A DNA stretch of 64,000 nt. Source: Candidatus Thorarchaeota archaeon. GTDB lineage: Archaea; Asgardarchaeota; Thorarchaeia; Thorarchaeales; Thorarchaeaceae. Numbering within the stretch: the first letter of the stretch is position 1; every line of letters begins with the position of its first letter. Shown here piece by piece: positions 8,287 to 17,493 of this stretch. The translations under genes were made by a program, and so were the position numbers. Under the pieces are notes generated by a model that had not been told where the DNA came from, did not search any database, and saw only the letters and a program-made list of their open reading frames with translations. The DNA is taken from NCBI GenBank assembly GCA_029858305.1, contig JAOUFI010000006.1, forward strand, positions 1 to 64,000, in the 5' to 3' direction.

Positions 8287-9732
8287 ATGGACATCAAGAA
8301 GGTCGCTGAAAATATCTATGAAATTCCGAAGGGCACGCAACCATGCATGAGAGTACCTGTTAGAATCTACGCATCAGAAGATCTTGTTAAGAAGATGAAA
8401 CAGGATGCAACTTTCACCCAAGCAACCAATGCAGCTTGTATCCCAGGAATCTACACACATAGCATTGTACTCCCTGACGGACACCAAGGCTATGGGTTCC
8501 CTATTGGTGGAGTTGCAGCAACTGATTATGAGAATGGTGTCATCTCCCCAGGCGGAGTTGGGTATGATATCAACTGTGGAGTCAGAGTGTTGAGAACGAA
8601 TCTTGACGAGAAAGATGTCAGACCTAAAATCAGGCAGCTTATTGACCAACTTTTCGCGGATGTTCCAACAGGTGTAGGAAAACAGGGCAAGATCAATCTA
8701 CAATCTCACAAGGGTGTGGATGAGGTGCTCAGCGGAGGGGCGAGATGGGCTGTTGAAGAAGGTTATGGTTGGGAGGATGACCTTGAGAATCAAGAGGCTA
8801 ACGGTAGGCTAGATATTGCTAATCCTGCAGATGTACCAGGTACTGCAAAGGAGAGAGGGCTCAAGCAAAGCGGAACACTTGGTTCTGGCAACCACTTCCT
8901 TGAGATTCAGCTTGTTGATGAGATATACAATGAGCAGGCCGCTAAAGTGATGGGCATTACGAGGAAAGGACAAGTCATGGTTATGATCCATAGTGGTTCT
9001 CGTGGACTTGGACATCAGGTCTGTTCTGAATTCATACGTGTTATGACTCAAGCTATGAGGAAGTACAAGATTGACTTGCCTGATAGAGAGCTATGCAGTG
9101 CACCTACAACATCGCCAGAGGGACAGGCCTATCTAGGTGCAATGAGCGCTGCAGCAAACTATGCTTTTGCCAATCGCCAAGCAATGATGCACTGGACAAG
9201 AGAAGCTTTCTCAAAGATCATGGGTCAGTCGCCCGAGGATTTAGACATGGGACTGATATACGATGTCGCACATAATATGGGAAAGGTAGAGGAGCACGAA
9301 ATTCAAGGAAAGAGGACCAAGGTTGTGGTTCACAGGAAAGGTGCAACTCGAGCATTTCCACCAGGGCATCCCGATATTCCTTCAAAATATCGAAATATTG
9401 GACAGCCAGTAATTATACCAGGCACAATGGGAACTGCATCATACATTCTATTGGGAAATCAACGTAGCATGGATCTCTCATTTGGTTCGACTGCACACGG
9501 TGCTGGACGCTTTCTTAGTCGCACACAGGCAAAGAGGAAGTTCTTTGGAAAAGAGGTACAGGACCAGTTGGCTACTGAAGGTATTATAGTAAAAGCTACT
9601 CAAGGAGTGGTCATAGCTGAAGAAGCTCCAGGAGCCTATAAGGATGTAGACGAGGTGGTTCGGGTTTCAGACTCTGTGGGGATTGCAACCATGGCAGTGA
9701 GACTACGTCCCATTGGCGTCATCAAAGGATAA
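8287..9732 (+). CDS. rtcB: tRNA-splicing ligase RtcB
   Basis: LPDGHQGYGFPIGG, GYDINCG, GTLGSGNHF, HSGSRG, YDVAHN, HRKGAT, STAHGAGR, EEAPGAYKD. Confidence 0.97.
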   Translation: MDIKKVAENIYEIPKGTQPCMRVPVRIYASEDLVKKMKQDATFTQATNAACIPGIYTHSIVLPDGHQGYGFPIGGVAATDYENGVISPGGVGYDINCGVRVLRTNLDEKDVRPKIRQLIDQLFADVPTGVGKQGKINLQSHKGVDEVLSGGARWAVEEGYGWEDDLENQEANGRLDIANPADVPGTAKERGLKQSGTLGSGNHFLEIQLVDEIYNEQAAKVMGITRKGQVMVMIHSGSRGLGHQVCSEFIRVMTQAMRKYKIDLPDRELCSAPTTSPEGQAYLGAMSAAANYAFANRQAMMHWTREAFSKIMGQSPEDLDMGLIYDVAHNMGKVEEHEIQGKRTKVVVHRKGATRAFPPGHPDIPSKYRNIGQPVIIPGTMGTASYILLGNQRSMDLSFGSTAHGAGRFLSRTQAKRKFFGKEVQDQLATEGIIVKATQGVVIAEEAPGAYKDVDEVVRVSDSVGIATMAVRLRPIGVIKG

Positions 9733-10653
9733 CTTTGAGCGTTCTATGCGTTCCTTGGAAGCAATGTCAGCGAGTACAGCAGCTACACCAATGAGAATGA
9801 CACTAAAACCAATCAATTCAGCTGGTTCGATAATCCTTCCAAGAATAACTGCGGCTAGAATAGTAGCTCCTACTGGTTCACCAAGAACTGCAGAAGAAAC
9901 CACGTATGCTGGGACTTTAGTGAGAAGATAGTTATTGACAGAGTGTCCAAGTACTGTTGGGAAAATTGCTAATGCTATGAAAATTAGAACCTCAGATGGT
10001 TCAAAGACCAATACGTTAAATCCGCCTAAAAGACAGAAACCTAGAGTGGTAATCGCAGCTACAAGATAGATAATTGAAGTGTAGACCGTGATGGGCATTC
10101 CTTGAGCATATCTTCTTCCGCCAATGAAATATATAGCAAGGAAAACAGCACCTGCAAGTGCTAACAGGTCTCCAGCCAATGCTCCTAATTCTAGGCCATA
10201 ATCAATCCACACTAGGAAAATCGCGCCAGCTATAGCAACAAAGATGCCAATCCAAGAACGCCTTCGAAGAGATTCGCCCAAGAATACAGTGGATAATATG
10301 GCAGTAAAAACTGGTGACGAATCAACAAGAACAACGCTTGCAGGAATAGAGGTCATCTCGAGCGATTGAAACCAAGTCGAAAAATGGAGAGAGAGGATAA
10401 TACCTATCCCGATAAGCCAAGGCCAATTGTTACGTACCTGCGGACTTCTGAGCTTTGAAAGATCTCCTCGGATTGCACCTATTATCGCCATGAAGAGTGA
10501 GCCATAGAGAGTTCTCCAAAATACCTTTACCAATGAGGGTGAAACACTAATTGTGATGAGGATACTTGCGCTCGAAACCATTGAAACAGAGAGCGTTAAT
10601 AATAGAACCACCCTCAACCTACTCGTTGATACATCAAACAATGGCATAGGCAT
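9703..10653 (-). CDS. EamA/DMT family transporter
   Basis: ~10 TM helices, two EamA repeats (LHFSTWF.SL, GDLLAL.GA, GEPVGATILA); start moved to ATG 10653; 3' end overlaps rtcB by 30 bp. Confidence 0.9.
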   Translation of the reverse strand: MPMPLFDVSTSRLRVVLLLTLSVSMVSSASILITISVSPSLVKVFWRTLYGSLFMAIIGAIRGDLSKLRSPQVRNNWPWLIGIGIILSLHFSTWFQSLEMTSIPASVVLVDSSPVFTAILSTVFLGESLRRRSWIGIFVAIAGAIFLVWIDYGLELGALAGDLLALAGAVFLAIYFIGGRRYAQGMPITVYTSIIYLVAAITTLGFCLLGGFNVLVFEPSEVLIFIALAIFPTVLGHSVNNYLLTKVPAYVVSSAVLGEPVGATILAAVILGRIIEPAELIGFSVILIGVAAVLADIASKERIERSKLSFDDANGT

Positions 10654-10657
10654 AGTC

Positions 10658-11158
10658 TTACACCACAATATCATAATCAGAATGACCACATGACACACAA
10701 CGGATCTCGTCTTCCAAGACTTCTGCCACCTGACTATCACAGATTGTACATTTTTGAACAATTAAATTCTCAAGGTTCAGAGAATGTAGAATCTTGCCAA
10801 CTTCTATTAGAGATGTATACTCAAACAAAACTTTTCCATCAGCCCCCATAACCATTTTCGAAATAGAATCAGAATCAGATTGATGGAATAATAAAACTGG
10901 TTTCATCAGGTCAATAGCCAACATGATCTCCATTCCAACTCCAAGCGATGGACTTGAAATCTCAGCAATTAGAAAATCACACAATCGAACGTATTCGACA
11001 TCACGTTTGAATATTAATTTTGGTTCTCTTTCTTGAAGTAGCTGAGGTGCAAATACTCTAATCCCCTTATTCTCTAAAACTTTAATCACAGTAGAACAGA
11101 AATCATCCCTGCGTAGTGACGGATGAATGATAGGTGCTGAGAGATATACAAAGACCAT
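10658..11158 (-). CDS. Nucleoside 2-deoxyribosyltransferase/RCL(DNPH1)-like N-hydrolase with C-terminal zinc ribbon
   Basis: VYLSAP, IFKRDVEYV..CDFLIAE, SLGVGMEI..A....KPVL; terminal CTIC...CVSC. Confidence 0.8.
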   Translation of the reverse strand: MVFVYLSAPIIHPSLRRDDFCSTVIKVLENKGIRVFAPQLLQEREPKLIFKRDVEYVRLCDFLIAEISSPSLGVGMEIMLAIDLMKPVLLFHQSDSDSISKMVMGADGKVLFEYTSLIEVGKILHSLNLENLIVQKCTICDSQVAEVLEDEIRCVSCGHSDYDIVV

Positions 11159-11190
11159 AACATTTCCGCTCTGTGGACATTTCTTATGCT

Positions 11191-11550
11191 CTATTCTTCA
11201 AAAATCGTTGATTCCTTAGAAGCCCCTAGTTCTGTTATTGAAGGAACTGAGCCATCATCAGCGATATGTTCGTATTTTCCCGAGCGACCTAGCGAGAGCT
11301 GTACTTTTCCCTGCCATTCCTTCGCCCAACCATCCTCTATCTTTATGACCATTCCTGCAGAGAGATCGTTACCTTCATTAAAACCCCAAAGAGAGAGAAT
11401 TGCGGATCCAGAATCATCAGCCACCAGGACTTCTTTTAGCATAGTTTTACGTCCCGCTCGAGTCTGAATAATTCTAGGAGATGCGATTGATATTATCCGG
11501 ACGATAAGATCAGATACGCTTTTACTAGGCTCAACATCAGATAGCTTCAC
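11191..11550 (-). CDS. Single OB-fold ssDNA-binding protein (archaeal SSB/RPA)
   Basis: VLVADDSGSAILSLWG...IKIEDGWAKEWQGKVQLSLGRSG. Confidence 0.88.
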   Translation of the reverse strand: MKLSDVEPSKSVSDLIVRIISIASPRIIQTRAGRKTMLKEVLVADDSGSAILSLWGFNEGNDLSAGMVIKIEDGWAKEWQGKVQLSLGRSGKYEHIADDGSVPSITELGASKESTIFEE

Positions 11551-11615
11551 GACGACTCACACTATTACCAAATTCATACATCTAAATCAGTCTATCGCCA
11601 AGACCACAAATCTAG

Positions 11616-13643
11616 TTAATCCTCATCTTCACCTGAATCGACGAAATCTAGTAGACGACTCAGTTCATCTAATGATTCATTATTTATAGGTGAGTTCTCA
11701 GAGTGCTGCTTAGTGTCATTAGAATCTTTTTTCTTGGTTCCACCTACAGCACTATCCAGAGGGCCGAGAATAAGCTCTAACTCCTCAAGTGACTCGGCAT
11801 CAATCTCTTCTCGAATGTCGGACTCCCCCTCGGTAGGAGTAGCCTCATCACTCTTAAATGCTTCAAGAGCTTCATCGATTTCAGTATGAGAAACAAGATC
11901 AAGTTCTGCGGAGATGAATTCATCGGCCTCGAGAGCTTCGAATATAATTTCTTTGGCCATTTTTACGCCTCCGTTGTTTTCTTCAGCAATCGGTTCTATT
12001 CCGAGTTTCTCTTCAGGTGGAAGTTCCTCTTCAGCAAAATCGATTTGTGGTAATTGTTCTTCTACTTCTATCGAAGATTCTTCCTTTGGCAATTCAATGG
12101 AAATATCCATGGAGATTTCATCAATCTCTTTCGACTCCTCCATGTGGGAGGGTTCAAATCCTTCACCCTCTTCCAATTGCATGCCTGTCGCAAAAGCATC
12201 TTCTTCTGTAGTCTGGTCCGGTCCTATTGCTTCACTGAGAGCATCAGCTTTAGCAAGTTCGACTTCTTGGTGTATCAAATGTTCCTCAGAGAACTCTACT
12301 TCTAGAGGAAATGATTGAATCTCTGCTTCAAGCGGAGATACAGAGATTTCTACTTCCTCCTCTACTTCCTTAGTTTCCTCTATAATGGCCTCAGGAATCG
12401 GTTCAGAAGATGCAATCTCATCTTCGACTTTTACTTCAGGCTCGGGTTCAAAGAATTCTACTTCCGCCTCTGCTTCCTCAATCTCCTCTAACATCACATC
12501 AGGAGCTAGTTCCGGAGAAACAATCTCTTCTTTTGTTTCTTCTTCTTCAAAGAGATCTTCATCTACTTCTTCAATGACTTCTTCAATTATCTCATAGTCA
12601 TTTAGGTTCTCAATGACATGTCCATCTTCGTCAACCAAGACTTCCTCGACCACTTCAATAGTCTCGAATTCAGATTCTTCAATCTCTGCAGTTTCCCTTC
12701 GTTCCTGCATCGCATCTGTCTCAGCTATCGCTTCCTTGGTTGCGGCATCTGTAAACTTCAAGAGCTCGGATGCCGGAAGATCCGGAAGAGCAACACCAAC
12801 ATATTGTGCTGCAGCAGTCATCAAAATCCTTAGCATCTCATCACGCCTAGCCTTGTCAATTGCAACCATTGGAAAGGTAGGAATTCCTAGTATCTTCTGA
12901 ACGACCTCAGGTTTCATAGCGTTTGGTTTATCCTGTTTATTAGCCAGAGCAAAGACGGGAACCTTCGGAGCGTCTCGTTTAATGAGCTTGAGAATGTCCT
13001 TACTGATTATCACGTTACGAAGAGCTGAATCACAAACTAAGAAGATTACATCAGCTCCATGGAAATAGAATCGCCATAGTGTTCGAAAGCGCTCTTGTCC
13101 TGCAAAATCCCAGAGGACAAGACTGTAGTTGCCAAATCTGATGTTTTCAACAGTTTCAAGATTGAGAGCTATTGTTGGGACATATTGCAGTGGTGGTGTG
13201 TCTCCAAGTAAAAGGTGGAGTGTTGTTGTTTTTCCAACACCACCCTCTCCAACTAGCGCAATTTTCAATCTGGTGGTCACAGATGGTTCAACAAGTTTTT
13301 CATACCCTTGCTTCACAGCGTCAAGTCCTGATTTTTTCAGCTCCTTTCTCATGAGCTTCGATGCAGCTTCAACCTTCTCGAATATGCTTGATTCGTCTTC
13401 TCCTTTATCAGTAACAAACAGTAAAAGAAGGTCTGAAACCAAGTCCACTCCATGAAACTTGTGATCTCCTAATATTAGTGCTAGACTTTCTAGATGCGTA
13501 TCATTGCTCTTTTCAGAACGAAGTTCTTCCCTTGTTTTGACATATTCGCTAAGAATCTCATGTGACACATCAACGGGCCAATATTTAGTGAATGCAATTA
13601 TTTCTTGTGTTGAGATGCGTATAAGGAAGGTGTTGTGAATCAC
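11616..13643 (-). CDS. Longin/roadblock-like N-domain + Arf/Rab-like small GTPase + ~370-aa Glu-rich tail
   Basis: G1 GEGGVGKT, YVPTI, WDFAGQERFRTLW..YF.GAD, NKQD; low-complexity acidic C-terminal half. Confidence 0.85.
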   Translation of the reverse strand: MIHNTFLIRISTQEIIAFTKYWPVDVSHEILSEYVKTREELRSEKSNDTHLESLALILGDHKFHGVDLVSDLLLLFVTDKGEDESSIFEKVEAASKLMRKELKKSGLDAVKQGYEKLVEPSVTTRLKIALVGEGGVGKTTTLHLLLGDTPPLQYVPTIALNLETVENIRFGNYSLVLWDFAGQERFRTLWRFYFHGADVIFLVCDSALRNVIISKDILKLIKRDAPKVPVFALANKQDKPNAMKPEVVQKILGIPTFPMVAIDKARRDEMLRILMTAAAQYVGVALPDLPASELLKFTDAATKEAIAETDAMQERRETAEIEESEFETIEVVEEVLVDEDGHVIENLNDYEIIEEVIEEVDEDLFEEEETKEEIVSPELAPDVMLEEIEEAEAEVEFFEPEPEVKVEDEIASSEPIPEAIIEETKEVEEEVEISVSPLEAEIQSFPLEVEFSEEHLIHQEVELAKADALSEAIGPDQTTEEDAFATGMQLEEGEGFEPSHMEESKEIDEISMDISIELPKEESSIEVEEQLPQIDFAEEELPPEEKLGIEPIAEENNGGVKMAKEIIFEALEADEFISAELDLVSHTEIDEALEAFKSDEATPTEGESDIREEIDAESLEELELILGPLDSAVGGTKKKDSNDTKQHSENSPINNESLDELSRLLDFVDSGEDED

Positions 13644-13766
13644 TATTACTTCACCAGATTATCTAATAGATTATACACTGTTGTGGAGAATCCACTCAAT
13701 ATAGAGTAGGATATTACAGGCTTGATTAACTTGTTTTGTGTGTACAATCTTTGATTTTCAAGAAAC

Positions 13767-14012
13767 AAGTTAGATGTTGGGGGTTCAGAGAACCCCAAAC
13801 ATCCGTTGGAGCGTGTTCTTCCACAGGAGCGGCAAAATTCGTTTATGCGCAAGAACAGTAGCAGTTCACACTGCAATTAGGGACTAGAACTCGTGGGACC
13901 GTGTATTGCGAGTTCCTGACGGGGGAAGACCGCCACCTGTGTGAAGTTCACAATGGATGAAACCCTAAATCGCCATAAGAAGCTTTCTGGTTTACCAAAA
14001 AAAGTTAGATGT
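13767..14012 (+). ncRNA. Candidate structured ncRNA or non-autonomous mobile element flanked by 11-bp direct repeats
   Basis: Nested helices 13800-13812/13946-13959, 13814-13820/13851-13857, 13865-13871/13939-13945, 13887-13896/13906-13915, with G-U pairs favouring the + strand; AAGTTAGATGT at 13767-13777 and 14002-14012. Confidence 0.55.
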
Positions 14013-14140
14013 GTCTATTTTCTTGATTCACAACTTATAGGTCTCTTTTTTGTAATATTCGCAAGAAAATATATTGGAATTGTGAATTTAGCAATACTGC
14101 TAATGTGTCAATAGTAAGCCCGCAATAGAATTTTCATAAC

Positions 14141-15280
14141 TCATCGAGGGAAGTTATCTCGTAGGAGCCTGAGATGCTGATGAACCATCTCCATTGCCTT
14201 AGGATCATCGGGAGTCTTTTCCAAGTCAGTTACAAGAGTTTGCAAGAAATACTCTGGGAAGAATAGCCGAACCCTAATATCATTCAGAAGAAACAGCCAT
14301 TTATCATATTCACCAGAAGGTCCTTTCCTACGCTTCTCTGAAACAACTCTGAATTTCTTGAGAGTCTGAATTGCCTCCTTCAGCTCCTTTGGAGGAATAC
14401 CTAGTGTAGCTTCCAATTCTGATATGTTAGCAGGACGCCTTCTGAGTTCACTAAGTGTATCATAACAATCGGGGTCTGCTAATACTTGAGCCACAGATAC
14501 CGTATCCTCAGGTGTCTTCTGCCATTCAGTGAGAAATTCAAGAACCTCCGATTTGTACTCAGCTGCAAGTTCTGGATCGAGAACACTGCTTGCGGATTCC
14601 ATTGCAACAAGCGGTGGGGCTCTAAATACTTCGAGGTCCTTAATCATAAAGACACAAGTACGGCCAATCTCATCGACCCATTCTGTCTTTACGAGTCCTA
14701 GTTCTTCAAAAGGAGCGATAATTGAGTCCACACTAACACTTGGAAGACCAGTGACCATCTTCAACCATTCTTCAAGTTCTTCTTTGGATATGCCTCCTTT
14801 CCAAAGTTTGGGAAAGACAGCCCTACTCACCTCATCGGAGAAAAGCCGTGCTAGTCGAGACTCATCGGTCATACCAGCAAGTCTGATAATTCGCCTGTAG
14901 GTGTTGTCCAGTTCATCCTGAAGTTCTGCGTCAGTCAATGCAACCACAGCATTCGTAAGAGGAGTCACAATCGAGGTGATTGCAGCCTCGTACATCTTTG
15001 GATCCTCTGAGGGAGTAAGCAAGAGAGACACACAATACTGTTCCTCCTCCCTCACTATTCCAGTATAGTAGGATGCAACACCATACTCTTCACCACCAAT
15101 TCGAATACTAAGTGATGAAAAACCAGCTGTGGCATCGCCCATGGCGTGAGAAGTGAAGATACGCATAATTTCTGTATTTAGATCTTCGCGATAATAATCA
15201 GCAAAGTCTGCAGGTACCTTCGCCTTCAGTACAGCTCCAATCTTTGAGTCCCAATCTATAAGCAGCATTGCAACCGGCAT
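14141..15280 (-). CDS. Longin/uDENN-like domain protein with winged-helix C-terminus (NPRL2/DENN-like architecture)
   Basis: N-terminal LLIDWDSKIGAVLKAKVP matches the uDENN/longin F.FD...GP.L...P pattern; C-terminal HTH (ISELEATLGIPPKELKEAIQTLKK). Confidence 0.65.
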   Translation of the reverse strand: MPVAMLLIDWDSKIGAVLKAKVPADFADYYREDLNTEIMRIFTSHAMGDATAGFSSLSIRIGGEEYGVASYYTGIVREEEQYCVSLLLTPSEDPKMYEAAITSIVTPLTNAVVALTDAELQDELDNTYRRIIRLAGMTDESRLARLFSDEVSRAVFPKLWKGGISKEELEEWLKMVTGLPSVSVDSIIAPFEELGLVKTEWVDEIGRTCVFMIKDLEVFRAPPLVAMESASSVLDPELAAEYKSEVLEFLTEWQKTPEDTVSVAQVLADPDCYDTLSELRRRPANISELEATLGIPPKELKEAIQTLKKFRVVSEKRRKGPSGEYDKWLFLLNDIRVRLFFPEYFLQTLVTDLEKTPDDPKAMEMVHQHLRLLRDNFPR

Positions 15281-15425
15281 TTCGCTTCTCTCCCAGTCCC
15301 TGGGGGCTTGTTCTGCATAGAGCCAGAGTATTTACGATTCAGTGAGTCACATATTAAAACCTTGTCACTAGCGAGTTCGCGACCGTATTATTCTGGTATA
15401 TATAGCGCCTAGGGATTTGTGTATA

Positions 15426-16118
15426 TCATTCTTGTGATGGATAATACCTGCTTTTTACTGCCTGTATTATGTGCTCATACACTATTTGTACGACTACATC
15501 AAGAGGTTGATGAGCATCAACTATCTTGAAAACTCCAGTATCCTGTTCTGCTATCTCAAGGTAGGTCTTACGAACCTCAATTAACCTGTCAAGTTTCTCA
15601 AATTGTAGATTTGCTACATTTTCTCGTCCTATTGCTCTCTCAAGTCCAATATCAGCTGCCACATCTAAAATAAAGATAATATCTGGTTCTGGGGCATGAA
15701 TGTCTTCTCGGTTCCTTCGCAGTATTTCTCTCCAAGAGATACCAGTGACTACTGATTGGTAGGCTCCGGTAGCAAAAAAGTAACGGTCCATGAGAACGAC
15801 ATATCCAGCGACCAGTGCTGGCACTATTCTGTTTTTAATATGCCATTCTCGATCTTTCACAAATAACTCAAGCTCTTCAGTAGGAGTGAGTTCACCTCGA
15901 GGAGTTCGTTCTCGGATTTCCTTCCCCCAGGGACTTTCATTTGTCGGCTCTCTCAGGTAAATAACATCATACCCGTCACTATGAAGGATTTCCACCAATT
16001 GGTGACATACTGCAGTTTTACCAGAACCATCAATGCCTTCTAAAACGAATAGGAAACCTTTGCGATCAGATTCTGTTTTCAAATGGTAAATACTCCTGAG
16101 ATAGCGCTGTTGCTTCAC
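15426..16118 (-). CDS. tmk: Thymidylate kinase
   Basis: EGIDGSGKT, REPT, MDRYFFATGAYQ, PDIIFILD. Confidence 0.93.
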   Translation of the reverse strand: MKQQRYLRSIYHLKTESDRKGFLFVLEGIDGSGKTAVCHQLVEILHSDGYDVIYLREPTNESPWGKEIRERTPRGELTPTEELELFVKDREWHIKNRIVPALVAGYVVLMDRYFFATGAYQSVVTGISWREILRRNREDIHAPEPDIIFILDVAADIGLERAIGRENVANLQFEKLDRLIEVRKTYLEIAEQDTGVFKIVDAHQPLDVVVQIVYEHIIQAVKSRYYPSQE

Positions 16119-16197
16119 CAGAGTTTTACCGTATAGATGCTTCGGTTTAAAGGAGCACTAGAATGTTGAAAAGAGAAACTCTTAAATTCATGAGGCG

Positions 16198-16219
16198 TAG
16201 GATAGGATAACCTATCCTA
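16198..16219 (+). promoter_or_regulatory. Perfect 9-bp inverted repeat, candidate operator of the DUF4430/ECF operon
   Basis: TAGGATAGG-ATAA-CCTATCCTA just downstream of a BRE/TATA-like AAGAGAAACTCTTAAAT (16171-16187). Confidence 0.5.
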
Positions 16220-16223
16220 GAGT

Positions 16224-16736
16224 GTGGTATCCCTGAAGCCTCGAAAACCAAGCATCATGCTTGTACTGATTCTGGTTGTAGTGATGAGTCTATCAAACCC
16301 ATCGCATGTACAGGGTAGCTCAGATTTCATTTTGGCAGCTGAGAGAATCACACTCACAATAGACTTTGGAAATGGAACAATCAGAGAATACAATGATCTC
16401 AGTGGGTCTACAGTTCTCGAAGTTACATCTTCAGTACTCAATGTCGACGTACAGTGGTTTGGTACTCTTGCTTATATCAGGGAAATAGAAGGACTTGTTG
16501 GCGAAGGTGAGTATGGATGGCAATTTTGGGTAAACGGGGAGTTTGCATCAGTTGCAGCCAATCAATACATACTTGACGATAACGATATTGTTTCGTGGGT
16601 ATATTCCACTCCAACTCAACAGCGACAAGATGATCCATCATTAGTTCCAGGCATACTCCTTGTATCAGCAGCAGGTTTTGGTTTCATTGCTATTGTCTAT
16701 ATGCAAACTTCAAGGAGGATTCACTCGAATGAATAG
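16224..16736 (+). CDS. DUF4430 (transcobalamin C-terminal-like) membrane-anchored protein, possible corrinoid-binding
   Basis: LTIDFGNG, TVLE, YIREIEGL, WQFWVNGEFASVAANQYIL.DND.V.W.Y; signal peptide and C-terminal TM. Confidence 0.8.
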   Translation: MVSLKPRKPSIMLVLILVVVMSLSNPSHVQGSSDFILAAERITLTIDFGNGTIREYNDLSGSTVLEVTSSVLNVDVQWFGTLAYIREIEGLVGEGEYGWQFWVNGEFASVAANQYILDDNDIVSWVYSTPTQQRQDDPSLVPGILLVSAAGFGFIAIVYMQTSRRIHSNE

Positions 16737-17472
16737 AAGAATGGCTCTGTCAGTAATTGTCATGATGTTTATGGTTTCAGTAGGTCTAACCACTATAGCT
16801 ACAGGGTATAGTACCTATATCGATAATGAAACAGTAATAACTTGGAATGTTGAGAAAATTACAAACTTCACTATGTGGTACACTGAAGGAGGATACTGCG
16901 CGGCATTAAATGACAGTACTATGGAATTTTCTGCATCCAATGTTGACGATGAGGTTTCTGGCACCCTATCCATTGGAAACGTTTCAGTAGCCACAAACGA
17001 CACAATGATTGCTCTGGATTTGACACTAGGGGTATGGCCAGACTGGCTTCCCGGATTAATTATCGAAGTTGGTCAAAATAATATCAACACGCTGAATGAA
17101 ACAGCATATGCAGCCGCAGAGAGAATCGCAGGAAACTGGATGAATGGAACGATGGTCTCCAAGTATGAGAATATAACTATCGGTTTAAGGACAGAGGAAT
17201 GCATTGTATTTGACTATTTACAGGATTCTCCTGGCACACAAGTAACGCATTTGGCTTATTCACTCTCATCCGGAGTGCTCGTGGAGGCCAACACGACTGT
17301 CACTTTTACTAGTACGTACTTGCTAGTCGTTTCTCTTTCATCAATCAATAATCCTACTATTGTTGATTTGACTCCTCCTCCGTTTCCAGGGATTATCCTC
17401 GCAGGAATTATTGGGGGAGGGCTCATCGCAGTTATTGTTCTAATATTCATTCAAATCAGTCGTCGAAAATAG
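16729..17472 (+). CDS. Hypothetical exported protein with C-terminal TM anchor
   Basis: ATG after GGAGG; signal peptide, many N-x-S/T sequons, TM + RRK. Confidence 0.75.
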   Translation: MNRRMALSVIVMMFMVSVGLTTIATGYSTYIDNETVITWNVEKITNFTMWYTEGGYCAALNDSTMEFSASNVDDEVSGTLSIGNVSVATNDTMIALDLTLGVWPDWLPGLIIEVGQNNINTLNETAYAAAERIAGNWMNGTMVSKYENITIGLRTEECIVFDYLQDSPGTQVTHLAYSLSSGVLVEANTTVTFTSTYLLVVSLSSINNPTIVDLTPPPFPGIILAGIIGGGLIAVIVLIFIQISRRK

Positions 17473-17493
17473 GGAACAGGAGACAAATCGGAG

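Noticed and set aside
11914-13455. Several Ser-rich + strand ORFs
   Set aside because: Antisense shadows of the Glu-rich GTPase gene
13646-13876. 76-aa minus-strand ORF with CxxC (FCRSCG)
   Set aside because: Overlaps the structured element and the GTPase promoter/SD region; no recognisable family (no TnpB DRD/NAA motif); probably spurious
13960-13969. AAACCCTAAA resembles a TTTAGGG telomerase template
   Set aside because: A 10-nt match is expected by chance and is explained by internal pairing; no RT in the window
13773-13975. Possible SRP RNA, RNase P RNA, 5S rRNA, cobalamin riboswitch or hammerhead
   Set aside because: Lacks the SRP helix-8 motif, the RNase P GAGGAAAGUCC, the 5S loop C, the full B12 box and the CUGANGA/GAAA core
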